The notes under the pieces: generated by a model
Told to the model about the DNA's origin: nothing
Seen by the model: only the letters and a program-made list of their open reading frames with translations
The model's database searches: none
Position numbers and translations under genes: made by a program
Source of the DNA: Auanema rhodensis
Taxonomy: Eukaryota; Animalia; Nematoda
NCBI GenBank assembly: GCA_964057225.1
Contig: OZ059897.1
Location: 9,362,001-9,426,000, forward strand
Length of the DNA: 64,000 nucleotides
Direction of reading: 5' to 3'
Part shown: positions 1 through 15,225 of the stretch, in pieces
How the letters are laid out: each line of letters starts with the position of its first letter
How positions within the stretch are numbered: the stretch's first letter is position 1

Positions 1-317
1 CCTCAAAAATGCTTCGAGTTCGGGTAACAGAGTATTTGATGTTAACAGCAAGGATATAAAAATTGTTGGGTTCAGACAGACAGAAAATTGTGAACAAACG
101 GGAAAATATAACTTCAGTTTCAAAAAATATAAAATCCATCTCCAAAAGGAGTGGTCCTTGCATCTGTTCCCTTTTAAACGTTGTTGGCCCCACCGTATTG
201 TGTTAAGACATGGAGTAGATGGTGTAGAGATATAAGAGAATTCAGATTCAATGAAATGTAGTAAAAATAACGAAATATAAGAGAAAATAGTCAAGAAATC
301 AAGATAAAAATGTTCGA

Positions 318-330
318 GGTGGAACCTCCA
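318..330 (-). promoter_or_regulatory. Primer-binding site TGGAGGTTCCACC (tRNA-Gln 3' end complement)
   Basis: Directly abuts the LTR and begins TGG (pairs with CCA). Matches the typical eukaryotic tRNA-Gln 3' end ...GGTGGAACCT-CCA. Confidence 0.8.
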
Positions 331-667
331 CGTTCCGTTATGCTCTCACATCGATCCTATAGACCAATAAAGCCTACAAGATGAGTGTGATAGTATTCCA
401 GATGTAGCGGTAGATAAAGAGCATAATGGATAAACATAAGACTCGAGAAAGAAAGGTTTATTATGTCTACATGATTACAATACGTTATATAAGTCTACAT
501 AAAGATATAAAGTGAAAGAGAGCTAAGAAAGGAAGACCAACCATCCATAGTCATTCCATAAGGCAAAGCTGAAGTCTGTGTTCCATATGAAGGGCGTGTC
601 GTCCTCTCTCAGCCTCATGTCGTCTGATTCTAACCCGCCTGCTACGCATTGATTTCCGAATGGAACG
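331..667 (-). repeat. LTR of element C (337 bp), CGTTCC...GGAACG terminal inverted repeat
   Basis: Termini and several internal motifs (gcataa, ataaga...gaaag.tttatta) align by eye with the B LTR. Confidence 0.85.
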
Positions 668-739
668 GCATAAAGATCCAGTAGAAAATTACCTTTGCTC
701 CGAGCATCTAAATGCTTCAATACAATATTAGAAATCACA

Positions 740-812
740 GCCCGGTTAGCTCAGTCGGTAGAGCACCAGACTCTTAATCTGGCTGTCGCGGGTTCGAGCC
801 CCGCATCGGGCT
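740..812 (+). tRNA. trnK-CTT: tRNA-Lys (anticodon CTT), first copy and representative of all array copies
   Basis: Acceptor stem GCCCGGT/ATCGGGC, D arm GCTC/GAGC, anticodon arm CCAGA-CT[CTT]AA-TCTGG, T arm GCGGG-TTCGAGC-CCCGC. No encoded CCA, discriminator T, and a TTTT run a few nt downstream (Pol III terminator). Confidence 0.97.
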
Positions 813-3800
813 TCAAGTTTTACCTTTTATTTGAAATTTGAAAGTTTATTTTGAAAATTCATTTCTAACCTCTTTCTGATCAGATAGAATTCTGTAGATG
901 TAACATTGTTTCAGTTCTTAGAACTCTGTTTAAGTGTTTTCAAACTTTGTATAGATAACAAGAAAAATAAAATGATAGAGATAGAACACTTCTAAGATCT
1001 TGATCTAAGGTTTTTCTGACGGACTGAGCCATTAGAACCAAAGATTACAAGAATTATTCTGATTTCACCTGCATAAAGATCCAGTAGAAAATTACATTAT
1101 GCTCTGAACATCTAAATGATTCAATACAATATTAGAAATCACAGCCCGGTTAGCTCAGTCGGTAGAGCACCACACTCTTAATCTGGCTGTCGCGGGTTCG
1201 AGCCCCGCATCGGGCTTTAAGTTTTACCTTTTATTTGAAATTATAACGTTTATTTTGAAAATTCATTTCTAACCTCTTTCTGATCAGATAGAATTCTGTG
1301 GATGTAACTATGCTTCTGCCCTTTGAACTTTGTTTAAGTGTTTTCAAACTTTGTTTAGATAACAAGAAAAATAAAATGATAGAGATAGAACACTTCTAAG
1401 ATCTCGATCCAAAATATTCCCGACGGACTGAGCCATTAGAACCAAAGATTACAAGAATTATTCTGATTTCACCTGCATAAATATCCAGTAGAAAATTACG
1501 TTATGCTCCGAGCATCTAAATGATTCAATACAATATTAGAAATCACAGCCCGGTTAGCTCAGTCGGTAGAGCACCAGACTCTTAATCTGGCTGTCGCGGG
1601 TTCGAGCCCCGCATCGGGCTTTAAGTTTTACCTTTTATTTGAAATTATAACGTTTATTTTGAAAATTCATTTCTAACCTCTTTCTGATCAGATAGAATTC
1701 TGTGGATGTAACATTGCTTCTGCCCTTTGAACTTTGTTTAAGTGTTTTCAAACTCTGTTTAGATAACAAGAAAAATGAAATGATAGAGATAGAACACTTC
1801 TAAGATCTCGATCCAAAATATTCCCGACGGACTGCGTCATTAGAACCAAAGATTACAAGAATTATTCTGATTTCACCTGCATAAAGATCCAGTACAAAAT
1901 TACGTTATGCTCTGAACATCTAAATGATTCAATACAATATTAGAAATCACAGCCCGGTTAGCTCAGTCGGTAGAGCACCAGACTCTTAATCTGGCTGTCG
2001 CGGGTTCGAGCCCCGCATCGGGCTTTAAGTTTTACCTTTTATTTGCAATTATAACGTTTATTTTGAAAATTTATTCCTAACCTCTTTCTGATCAGATAGA
2101 ATTCTGTAGATGTAACAATGTTTCAGTTCTTAGAACTCTGTTTTAGTGTTTTCAAACTTTGTATAGACACCAAGAAAAATGAAATGAGTGAGATAGAACA
2201 CTTCTAAGATCTTGATCCAAGGTTTTTCTGACAGACTGATCCATTAGAACCAAAGATTACAAGAATTATTCTGATTTTACCTGCATGAAGATCCAGTAGA
2301 AAATTACCTTTTGCTCTGAACATCTAAATGATTCAATACATGATTAGAAATCACAGCCCGGTTAGCTCAGTCGGTAGAGCACCAGACTCTTAATCTGGCT
2401 GTCGCGGGTTCGAGCCCCGCATCGGGCTTTAAGTTTTACCTTTTATTTGAAATTTGAAAGTTTATTTTGAAAATTCATTTCTAACCTCTTTCTGATCAGA
2501 TAGAATTCTGTGGATGTAACAATGTTTCAGTTCTTAGAACTCTGTTTAAGTGTTTTCAAACTTTGTATAGACACCAAGAAAAATGAAATGAGAGAGATAG
2601 AACACTTCTAAGATCTTGATCCAAGGTTTTTCTGACAGACTGATCCATTAGAACCAAAGATTACAAGAATTATTCTGATTTCACCTGCATAAAGATCCAG
2701 TAGAAAACTACCTTTTGCTCTGAACATCTAAATGATTCAATACAATATCAGAAATCACAGCCCGGTTAGCTCAGTCGGTAGAGCACCAGACTCTTAATCT
2801 GGCTGTCGCGGGTTCGAGCCCCGCATCGGGCTTTAAGTTTTACCTTTTATTTGAAATTATAACGTTTATTTTGAAAATTTATTCCTAACCTTTTTCTGAT
2901 CAGATAGAATTCTGTAGATGTAACATTGTTTCAGTTCTTAGAACTCTGTTTAAGTGTTTTCAAACTTTGTATAGATACCAAGAAAAATGAAATGATAGAG
3001 ATAGAACACTTCTAAGATCTCGATCCAAAATATTCCCGACGGACTGCGTCATTAGAACCAAAGATTACAAGAATTATTCTGATTTCACCTGCATAAAGAT
3101 CCAGTAGAAAACTACCTTTTGCTCTGAACATCTAAATGATTCAATACAATATCAGAAATCACAGCCCGGTTAGCTCAGTCGGTAGAGCACCAGACTCTTA
3201 ATCTGGCTGTCGCGGGTTCGAGCCCCGCATCGGGCTTTAAGTTTTACCTTTTATTTGAAATTATAACGTTTATTTTGAAAATTTATTCCTAACCTTTTTC
3301 TGATCAGATAGAATTCTGTAGATGTAACATTGTTTCAGTTCTTAGAACTCTGTTTAAGTGTTTTCAAACTTTGTATAGATACCAAGAAAAATGAAATGAT
3401 AGAGATAGAACACTTCTAAGATCTTGATCCAAGGTTTTTCTGACGGACTGATCCATTAGAACCAAAGATTACAAGAATTATTCTGATTTCACCTGCATAA
3501 AGATCCAGTAGAAAATTACCTTTTGCTCTGAACATCTAAATGATTCAATAGAATATCAGAAATCATAGCCCGGTTAGCTCAGTCGGTAGAGCACCAGACT
3601 CTTAATCTGGCTGTCGCGGGTTCGAGCCCCGCATCGGGCTTTAAGTTTTACCTTTTATTTGAAATTATAACGTTTATTTTGAAAATTCATTTCTAACCTC
3701 TTTCTGATCAGATAGAATTCTTAAGATGTAACATTGTTTCAGTTCTTAGAACTTTGTTTAAGTGTTTTCAAACTTTGTATAGATACCAAGAAAAATGAAA

Positions 3801-6800
3801 TGATAGAGATAGAACACTTCTAAGATCTCGATCCAAAATATTCCCGACGGACTGCGTCATTAGAACCAAAGATTACAAGAATTATTCTGATTTCACCTGC
3901 ATAAAGATCCAGTAGAAAATTACGTTATGCTCTGAACATCTAAATGATTCAATACAATATTAGAAATCACAGCCCGGTTAGCTCAGTCGGTAGAGCACCA
4001 GACTCTTAATCTGGCTGTCGCGGGTTCGAACCCCGCATCGGGCTTTAAGTTTTACCTTTTATTTGCAATTATAACGTTTATTTTGAAAATTTATTCCTAA
4101 CCTTTTTCTGATCAGATAGAATTCTTAAGATGTAACATTGTTTCAGTTCTTAGAACTTTGTTTAAGTGTTTTCAAACTTTGTATAGATAACAAGAAAAAT
4201 GAAATGATAGAGATAGAACACTTCTAAGATCTTGATCTAAAATTTTTCTGACGAACTGATCCATTAGAACCAAAGATAACAAGAATTATTCTGATTTCAC
4301 CTGCATAAAGATCCAGTAGAAAATTACGTTATGCTCTGAACATCTAAATGATTCAATACATGATTAGAAATCACAGCCCGGTTAGCTCAGTCGGTAGAGC
4401 ACCAGACTCTTAATCTGGCTGTCGCGGGTTCGAGCCCCGCATCGGGCTTTAAGTTTTACCTTTTATTTGAAATTATAACGTTTATTTTGAAAATTCATTT
4501 CTAACCTCTTTCTGATCAGATAGAATTCTTAAGATGTAACATTGTTTCAGTTCTTAGAACTTTGTTTAAGTGTTTTCAAACTTTGTATAGATACCAAGAA
4601 AAATGAAATGATAGAGATAGAACACTTCTAAGATCTTGATCCAAGGTTTTTCTGACGAACTGATCCATTAGAACCAAAGATAACAAGAATTATTCTGATT
4701 TCACCTGCATAAAGATCCAGTAGAAAATTACGTTATGCTCTGAACATCTAAATGATTCAATACATGATTAGAAATCACAGCCCGGTTAGCTCAGTCGGTA
4801 GAGCACCAGACTCTTAATCTGGCTGTCGCGGGTTCGAGCCCCGCATCGGGCTTTAAGTTTTACCTTTTATTTGAAATTATAACGTTTATTTTGAAAATTC
4901 ATTTCTAACCTCTTTCTGATCAGATAGAATTCTTAAGATGTAACATTGTTTCAGTTCTTAGAACTTTGTTTAAGTGTTTTCAAACTTTGTATAGATACCA
5001 AGAAAAATGAAATGATAGAGATAGAACACTTCTAAGATCTTGATCCAAGGTTTTTCTGACGAACTGATCCATTAGAACCAAAGATAACAAGAATTATTCT
5101 GATTTCACCTGCATAAAGATCCAGTAGAAAATTACGTTATGCTCTGAACATCTAAATGATTCAATACATGATTAGAAATCACAGCCCGGTTAGCTCAGTC
5201 GGTAGAGCACCAGACTCTTAATCTGGCTGTCGCGGGTTCGAGCCCCGCATCGGGCTTTAAGTTTTACCTTTTATTTGAAATTTGAAAGTTTATTTTAAAA
5301 TTCATTTCTAACCTCTTTCTGATCAGATAGAATTCTGTAGATGTAACATTGTTTCAGTTCTTAGAACTCTGTTTAAGTGTTTTCAAACTTTGTATAGATA
5401 ACAAGAAAAATGAAATGATAGAGATAGAACACTTCTAAGATCTTGATCCAAGGTTTTTCTGACGAACTGATCCATTAGAACCAAAGATTACAAGAATTAT
5501 TCTGATTTCACCTGCATAAAGATCCAGTAGAAAATTACGTTATGCTCTGAACATCTAAATGATTCAATACAATATTAGAAATCACAGCCCGGTTAGCTCA
5601 GTCGGTAGAGCACCAGACTCTTAATCTGGCTGTCGCGGGTTCGAGCCCCGCATCGGGCTTTAAGTTTTACCTTTTATTTGAAATTTGAAAGTTTATTTTA
5701 AAATTCATTTCTAACCTCTTTCTGATCAGATAGAATTCTGTAGATGTAACATTGTTTCAGTTCTTAGAACTCTGTTTAAGTGTTTTCAAACTTTGTATAG
5801 ATAACAAGAAAAATGAAATGATAGAGATAGAACACTTCTAAGATCTCGATCCAAAATATTCCCGACGGACTGAGCCATTAGAACCAAAGATTACAAGAAT
5901 TATTCTGATTTCACCTGCATAAAGATCCAGTAGAAAATTACGTTATGCTCTGAACATCTAAATGATTCAATACAATATTAGAAATCACAGCCCGGTTAGC
6001 TCAGTCGGTAGAGCACCAGACTCTTAATCTGGCTGTCGCGGGTTCGAGCCCCGCATCGGGCTTTAAGTTTTACCTTTTATTTGAAATTATAACGTTTATT
6101 TTGAAATTTCATTTCTAACCTCTTTCTGATCAGATAGAATTCTGTAGATGTAACATTGTTTCAGTTCTTAGAACTCTGTTTAAGTGTTTTCAAACTTTGT
6201 ATAGATAACAAGAAAAATGAAATGATAGAGATAGAACACTTCTAAGATCTTGATCCAAGGTTTTTCTGACGAACTGATCCATTAGAACCAAAGATTACAA
6301 GAATTATTCTGATTTCACCTGCATGAAGATCCAGTAGAAAATTACCTTTTGCTCTGAACATCTAAATGATTCAATACAATATCAGAAATCACAGCCCGGT
6401 TAGCTCAGTCGGTAGAGCACCAGACTCTTAATCTGGCTGTCGCGGGTTCGAGCCCCGCATCGGGCTTTAAGTTTTACCTTTTATTTGAAATTATAACGTT
6501 TATTTTGAAATTTCATTTCTAACCTCTTTCTGATCAGATAGAATTCTGGAGATGTAACATTGTTTCAGTTCTTAGAACTCTGTTTAAGTGTTTTCAAACT
6601 TTGTATAGATAACAAGAAAAATGAAATGATAGAGATAGAACACTTCTAAGATCTTGATCCAAGGTTTTTCTGACGGTCTGATCCATTAGAACCAAAGATT
6701 ACAAGAATTATTCTGATTTCACCTGCATGAAGATCCAGTAGAAAATTACCTTTTGCTCTGAACATCTAAATGATTCAATACAATATCAGAAATCACAGCC

Positions 6801-9800
6801 CGGTTAGCTCAGTCGGTAGAGCACCAGACTCTTAATCTGGCTGTCGCGGGTTCGAGCCCCGCATCGGGCTTTAAGTTTTACCTTTTATTTGAAATTATAA
6901 CGTTTATTTTGAAAATTCATTTCTAACCTCTTTCTGATCAGATAGAATTCTGTGGATGTAACATTGCTTCTGCCCTTTGAACTTTGTTTAAGTGTTTTCA
7001 AACTCTGTTTAGATAACAAGAAAAATGAAATGATAGAGATAGAACACTTCTAAGATCTCGATCCAAAATATTCCCGACGGACTGCGTCATTAGAACCAAA
7101 GATTACAAGAATTATTCTGATTTCACCTGCATAAAGATCCAGTACAAAATTACGTTATGCTCTGAACATCTAAATGATTCAATACAATATTAGAAATCAC
7201 AGCCCGGTTAGCTCAGTCGGTAGAGCACCAGACTCTTAATCTGGCTGTCGCGGGTTCGAGCCCCGCATCGGGCTTTAAGTTTTACCTTTTATTTGCAATT
7301 ATAACGTTTATTTTGAAAATTTATTCCTAACCTCTTTCTGATCAGATAGAATTCTGTAGATGTAACAATGTTTCAGTTCTTAGAACTCTGTTTTAGTGTT
7401 TTCAAACTTTGTATAGACACCAAGAAAAATGAAATGAGTGAGATAGAACACTTCTAAGATCTTGATCCAAGGTTTTTCTGACAGACTGATCCATTAGAAC
7501 CAAAGATTACAAGAATTATTCTGATTTTACCTGCATGAAGATCCAGTAGAAAATTACCTTTTGCTCTGAACATCTAAATGATTCAATACAATATTAGAAA
7601 TCACAGCCCGGTTAGCTCAGTCGGTAGAGCACCAGACTCTTAATCTGGCTGTCGCGGGTTCGAGCCCCGCATCGGGCTTTAAGTTTTACCTTTTATTTGA
7701 AATTATAACGTTTATTTTGAAAATTCATTTCTAACCTCTTTCTGATCAGATAGAATTCTGTGGATGTAACATTGCTTCTGCCCTTTGAACTTTGTTTAAG
7801 TGTTTTCAAACTCTGTTTAGATAACAAGAAAAATGAAATGATAGAGATAGAACACTTCTAAGATCTCGATCCAAAATATTCCCGACGGACTGCGTCATTA
7901 GAACCAAAGATTACAAGAATTATTCTGATTTCACCTGCATAAAGATCCAGTACAAAATTACGTTATGCTCTGAACATCTAAATGATTCAATACAATATTA
8001 GAAATCACAGCCCGGTTAGCTCAGTCGGTAGAGCACCAGACTCTTAATCTGGCTGTCGCGGGTTCGAGCCCCGCATCGGGCTTTAAGTTTTACCTTTTAT
8101 TTGCAATTATAACGTTTATTTTGAAAATTTATTCCTAACCTCTTTCTGATCAGATAGAATTCTGTAGATGTAACATTGTTTCAGTTCTTAGAACTCTGTT
8201 TAAGTGTTTTCAAACTTTGTATAGATACCAAGAAAAATGAAATGATAGAGATAGAACACTTCTAAGATCTTGATCCAAGGTTTTTCTGACGGACTGATCC
8301 ATTAGAACCAAAGATTACAAGAATTATTCTGATTTCACCTGCATAAAGATCCAGTAGAAAATTACCTTTTGCTCTGAACATCTAAATGATTCAATAGAAT
8401 ATCAGAAATCATAGCCCGGTTAGCTCAGTCGGTAGAGCACCAGACTCTTAATCTGGCTGTCGCAGGTTCGAGCCCCGCATCGGGCTTTAAGTTTTACCTT
8501 TTATTTGAAATTATAACGTTTATTTTGAAAATTCATTTCTAACCTCTTTCTGATCAGATAGAATTCTTAAGATGTAACATTGTTTCAGTTCTTAGAACTT
8601 TGTTTAAGTGTTTTCAAACTTTGTATAGATACCAAGAAAAATGAAATGATAGAGATAGAACACTTCTAAGATCTTGATCCAAGGTTTTTCTGACGAACTG
8701 ATCCATTAGAACCAAAGATAACAAGAATTATTCTGATTTCACCTGCATAAAGATCCAGTAGAAAATTACGTTATACTCTGAACATCTAAATGATTCAATA
8801 CATGATTAGAAATCACAGCCCGGTTAGCTCAGTCGGTAGAGCACCAGACTCTTAATCTGGCTGTCGCGGGTTCGAGCCCCGCATCGGGCTTTAAGTTTTA
8901 CCTTTTATTTGAAATTTGAAAATTTATTTTAAAATTCATTTCTAACCTCTTTCTGATCAGATAGAATTCTTAAGATGTAACATTGTTTCAGTTCTTAGAA
9001 CTTTGTTTAAGTGTTTTCAAACTTTGTATAGACACCAAGAAAAATGAAATGATAGAGATAGAACACTTCTAAGATCTCGATCCAAAATATTCCCGACGGA
9101 CTGAGCCATTAGAACCAAAGATTACAAGAATTATTCTGATTTCACCTGCATAAAGATCCAGTAGAAAATTACGTTATGCTCTGAACATCTAAATGATTCA
9201 ATACATGATTAGAAATCACAGCCCGGTTAGCTCAGTCGGTAGAGCACCAGACTCTTAATCTGGCTGTCGCAGGTTCGAGCCCCGCATCGGGCTTTAAGTT
9301 TTACCTTTTATTTGAAATTATAACGTTTATTTTGAAAATTCATTTCTAACCTCTTTCTGATCAGATAGAATTCTTAAGATGTAACATTGTTTCAGTTCTT
9401 AGAACTTTGTTTAAGTGTTTTCAAACTTTGTATAGATACCAAGAAAAATGAAATGATAGAGATAGAACACTTCTAAGATCTCGATCCAAAATATTCCCGA
9501 CGGACTGAGCCATTAGAACCAAAGATTACAAGAATTATTCTGATTTCACCTGCATAAAGATCCAGTAGAAAATTACGTTATGCTCTGAACATCTAAATGA
9601 TTCAATACATGATTCTTAGAACTTTGTTTAAGTGTTTTCAAACTTTGTATAGATAACAAGAAAAATAAAATGATAGAGATAGAACACTTCTAAGTTCTTG
9701 ATCCAAGGTTTTTCTGACGAACTGATCCATTAGAACCAAAGATAACAAGAATTATTCTGATTTCACCTGCATAAAGATCCAGTAGAAAATTACGTTATGC

Positions 9801-12800
9801 TCTGAACATCTAAATGATTCAATACATGATTAGAAATCACAGCCCGGTTAGCTCAGTCGGTAGAGCACCAGACTCTTAATCTGGCTGTCGCAGGTTCGAG
9901 CCCCGCATCGGGCTTTAAGTTTTACCTTTTATTTGAAATTATAACGTTTATTTTGAAAATTTATTCCTAACCTTTTTCTGATCAGATAGAATTCTGTAGA
10001 TGTAACATTGTTTCAGTTCTTAGAACTCTGTTTAAGTGTTTTCAAACTTTGTATAGACACCAAGAAAAATGAAATGAGTGAGATAGAACACTTCTAAGAT
10101 CTTGATCCAAGGTTTTTCTGACAGACTGATCCATTAGAACCAAAGATTACAAGAATTATTCTGATTTTACCTGCATGAAGATCCAGTAGAAAATTACCTT
10201 TTGCTCTGAACATCTAAATGATTCAATACAATATTAGAAATCACAGCCCGGTTAGCTCAGTCGGTAGAGCACCAGACTCTTAATCTGGCTGTCGCGGGTT
10301 CGAGCCCCGCATCGGGCTTTAAGTTTTACCTTTTATTTGAAATTATAACGTTTATTTTGAAAATTTATTCCTAACCTTTTTCTGATCAGATAGAATTCTG
10401 TAGATGTAACATTGTTTCAGTTCTTAGAACTCTGTTTAAGTGTTTTCAAACTTTGTATAGATACCAAGAAAAATGAAATGATAGAGATAGAACACTTCTA
10501 AGATCTTGATCCAAGGTTTTTCTGACGGACTGATCCATTAGAACCAAAGATTACAAGAATTATTCTGATTTCACCTGCATAAAGATCCAGTAGAAAATTA
10601 CCTTTTGCTCTGAACATCTAAATGATTCAATAGAATATCAGAAATCATAGCCCGGTTAGCTCAGTCGGTAGAGCACCAGACTCTTAATCTGGCTGTCGCA
10701 GGTTCGAGCCCCGCATCGGGCTTTAAGTTTTACCTTTTATTTGAAATTATAACGTTTATTTTGAAAATTCATTTCTAACCTCTTTCTGATCAGATAGAAT
10801 TCTTAAGATGTAACATTGTTTCAGTTCTTAGAACTTTGTTTAAGTGTTTTCAAACTTTGTATAGATACCAAGAAAAATGAAATGATAGAGATAGAACACT
10901 TCTAAGATCTTGATCCAAGGTTTTTCTGACGAACTGATCCATTAGAACCAAAGATAACAAGAATTATTCTGATTTCACCTGCATAAAGATCCAGTAAAAA
11001 ATTACGTTATACTCTGAACATCTAAATGATTCAATACATGATTAGAAATCACAGCCCGGTTAGCTCAGTCGGTAGAGCACCAGACTCTTAATCTGGCTGT
11101 CGCGGGTTCGAGCCCCGCATCGGGCTTTAAGTTTTACCTTTTATTTGAAATTTGAAAATTTATTTTAAAATTCATTTCTAACCTCTTTCTGATCAGATAG
11201 AATTCTTAAGATGTAACATTGTTTCAGTTCTTAGAACTTTGTTTAAGTGTTTTCAAACTTTGTATAGACACCAAGAAAAATGAAATGAGAGAGATAGAAC
11301 ACTTCTAAGATCTTGATCTAAGGTTTTTCTGACAGACTGATCCATTAGAACCAAAGATAACAAGAATTATTCTGATTTCACCTGCATAAAGATCCAGTAG
11401 AAAATTACGTTATACTCTGAACATCTAAATGATTCAATACATGATTAGAAATCACAGCCCGGTTAGCTCAGTCGGTAGAGCACCAGACTCTTAATCTGGC
11501 TGTCGCAGGTTCGAGCCCCGCATCGGGCTTTAAGTTTTACCTTTTATTTGAAATTATAACGTTTATTTTGAAAATTCATTTCTAACCTCTTTCTGATCAG
11601 ATAGAATTCTTAAGATGTAACATTGTTTCAGTTCTTAGAACTTTGTTTAAGTGTTTTCAAACTTTGTATAGATACCAAGAAAAATGAAATGATAGAGATA
11701 GAACACTTCTAAGATCTTGATCCAAGGTTTTTCTGACAGACTGATCCATTAGAACCAAAGATTACAAGAATTATTCTGATTTCACCTGCATGAAGATCCA
11801 GTAGAAAATTACCTTTTGCTCTGAACATCTAAATGATTCAATACAATATCAGAAATCACAGCCCGGTTAGCTCAGTCGGTAGAGCACCAGACTCTTAATC
11901 TGGCTGTCGCGGGTTCGAGCCCCGCATCGGGCTTTAAGTTTTACCTTTTATTTGCAATTATAACGTTTATTTTGAAATTTCATTTCTAACCTCTTTCTGA
12001 TCAGATAGAATTCTGTAGATGTAACATTGTTTCAGTTCTTAGAACTTTGTTTAAGTGTTTTCAAACTTTGTATAGACACCAAGAAAAATGAAATGAGAGA
12101 GATAGAACACTTCTAAGATCTCGATCCAAAATATTCCCGACGGACTGAGCCATTAGAACCAAAGATTACAAGAATTATTCTGATTTCACCTGCATAAAGA
12201 TCCAGTAGAAAATTACGTTATGCTCTGAACATCTAAATGATTCAATACATGATTAGAAATCGCAGCCCGGTTAGCTCAGTCGGTAGAGCACCAGACTCTT
12301 AATCTGGCTGTCGCGGGTTCGAGCCCCGCATCGGGCTTTAAGTTTTACCTTTTATTTGAAATTTGAAAGTTTATTTTAAAATTCATTTCTAACCTCTTTC
12401 TGATCAGATAGAATTCTGTAGATGTAACATTGTTTCAGTTCTTAGAACTCTGTTTAAGTGTTTTCAAACTTTGTATAGACACCAAGAAAAATGAAATGAG
12501 AGAGATAGAACACTTCTAAGATCTTGATCTAAGGTTTTTCTGACAGACTGATCCATTAGAACCAAAGATTACAAGAATTATTCTGATTTCACCTGCATGA
12601 AGATCCAGTAGAAAATTACCTTTTGCTCTGAACATCTAAATGATTCAATACAATATCAGAAATCACAGCCCGGTTAGCTCAGTCGGTAGAGCACCAGACT
12701 CTTAATCTGGCTGTCGCGGGTTCGAGCCCCGCATCGGGCTTTAAGTTTTACCTTTTATTTGCAATTATAACGTTTATTTTGAAATTTCATTTCTAACCTC

Positions 12801-13071
12801 TTTCTGATCAAATAGAATTCTGTAGATGTAACATTGTTTCAGTTCTTAGAACTCTGTTTAAGTGTTTTCAAACTTTGTATAGATAACAAGAAAAATGAAA
12901 TGAGAGAGATAGAACACTTCTAAGATCTTGATCCAAAGTTTTTCTGACGAACTGATCCATTAGAACCAAAGATAACAAGAATTATTCTGATTTCACCTGC
13001 ATAAAGATCCAGTAGAAAATTACGTTATGCTCTGAACATCTAAATGATTTAATACAATATTAGAAATCACA

Positions 13072-13121
13072 GCCCGGTTAGCTCAGTCGGTAGAGCACCA
13101 GACTCTTAATCTGGCTGTCGC
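13072..13121 (+). pseudogene. 3'-truncated tRNA-Lys (first 50 nt; no B box/T arm)
   Basis: ...GGCTGTCGC joins directly to spacer CTGATTTCATCTGCAT; the next tRNA starts 135 bp after this one. Confidence 0.93.
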
Positions 13122-15225
13122 CTGATTTCATCTGCATAAAGATCCAGTAGAAAATTACCTTTTGCTCTGAACATCTAAATGATTCAATACAATATCAGAA
13201 ATCACTGCCCGGTTAGCTCAGTCGGTAGAGCACCAGACTCTTAAACTGGCTGTCGCGGGTTCGAGCCCCGCATCGGGCTTTAAGTTTTACCTTTTATTTG
13301 AAATTATAACGTTTATTTTGAAAATTCATTTCTAACCTCTTTCTGATCAGATAGAATTCTGTGGATGTAACATTGTTTCAGTTCTTAGAACTTTGTTTAA
13401 GTGTTTTCAAACTTTGTATAGATAACAAGAAAAATAAAATGATAGAGATAGAACACTTCTAAGATCTTGATCTAAGGTTTTTCTGACGGACTGATCCATT
13501 AGAACCAAAGATAACAAGAATTATTCTGATTTCACCTGCATAAAGATCCAGTAGAAAATTACGTTATGCTCTGAACATCTAACTGATTCAATACAATATT
13601 AGAAATCACAGCCCGGTTAGCTCAGTCGGTAGAGCACCAGACTCTTAATCTGGCTGTCGCGGGTTCGAGCCCCGCATCGGGCTTTAAGTTTTACCTTTTA
13701 TTTGAAATTATAACGTTTATTTTGAAAATTCATTTCTAACCTCTTTCTGATCAGATAGAATTCTTAAGATGTAACATTGTTTCAGTTCTTAGAACTTTGT
13801 TTAAGTGTTTTCAAACTTTGTATAGATACAGAGAAAAATGAAATGATAGAGATAGAACACTTCTAAGATCTTGATCCAAGGTTTTTCTGACGAACTGATC
13901 CATTAGAACCAAAGATAACAAGAATTATTCTGATTTCACCTGCATAAAGATCCAGTAGAAAATTACGTTATGCTCTGAACATCTAAATGATTCAATACAT
14001 GATTAGAAATCACAGCCCGGTTAGCTCAGTCGGTAGAGCACCAGACTCTTAATCTGGCTGTCGCGGGTTCGAGCCCCGCATCGGGCTTTAAGTTTTACCT
14101 TTTATTTGAAATTATAACGTTTATTTTGAAAATTCATTTCTAACCTCTTTCTGATCAGATAGAATTCTTAAGATGTAACATTGTTTCAGTTCTTAGAACT
14201 TTGTTTAAGTGTTTTCAAACTTTGTATAGATACCAAGAAAAATGAAATGATAGAGATAGAACACTTCTAAGATCTCGATCCAAAATATTCCCGACGGACT
14301 GAGCCATTAGAACCAAAGATTACAAGAATTATTCTGATTTCACCTGCATAAAGATCCAGTAGAAAATTACGTTATGCTCTGAACATCTAAATGATTCAAT
14401 ACATGATTAGAAATCGCAGCCCGGTTAGCTCAGTCGGTAGAGCACCAGACTCTTAATCTGGCTGTCGCGGGTTCGAGCCCCGCATCGGGCTTTAAGTTTT
14501 ACCTTTTATTTGAAATTTGAAAGTTTATTTTAAAATTCATTTCTAACCTCTTTCTGATCAGATAGAATTCTGTAGATGTAACATTGTTTCAGTTCTTAGA
14601 ACTCTGTTTAAGTGTTTTCAAACTTTGTATAGACACCAAGAAAAATGAAATGAGAGAGATAGAACACTTCTAAGATCTTGATCTAAGGTTTTTCTGACAG
14701 ACTGATCCATTAGAACCAAAGATTACAAGAATTATTCTGATTTCACCTGCATGAAGATCCAGTAGAAAATTACCTTTTGCTCTGAACATCTAAATGATTC
14801 AATACAATATCAGAAATCACAGCCCGGTTAGCTCAGTCGGTAGAGCACCAGACTCTTAATCTGGCTGTCGCGGGTTCGAGCCCCGCATCGGGCTTTAAGT
14901 TTTACCTTTTATTTGCAATTATAACGTTTATTTTGAAATTTCATTTCTAACCTCTTTCTGATCAGATAGAATTCTGTAGATGTAACATTGTTTCAGTTCT
15001 TAGAACTCTGTTTAAGTGTTTTCAAACTTTGTATAGATAACAAGAAAAATGAAATGAGAGAGATAGAACACTTCTAAGATCTTGATCCAAAGTTTTTCTG
15101 ACGAACTGATCCATTAGAACCAAAGATAACAAGAATTATTCTGATTTCACCTGCATAAAGATCCAGTAGAAAATTACGTTATGCTCTGAACATCTAAATG
15201 ATTTAATACAATATTAGAAATCACA

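Larger units (their letters stand above)
1..667 (-). mobile_element. Element C: 5' end (5' LTR, PBS, leader) of an LTR retroelement related to family B; continues beyond the left window edge
   Basis: 331-667 starts CGTTCCGTTATGCTC and ends GAATGGAACG like B LTRs, but the interior is diverged. It is flanked by GGTGGAACCTCCA (318-330), the same PBS as B. The array begins at 668 with GCAT (candidate TSD; partner outside the window). Confidence 0.85.

Noticed and set aside
1-163. Minus-strand ATG frame open to the left edge (MQGPLLLEMDF...)
   Set aside because: Only 54 codons visible with no motif; cannot be supported as gag.
523-738. 71-aa minus-strand ORF
   Set aside because: Crosses the array/LTR junction; chance ORF.
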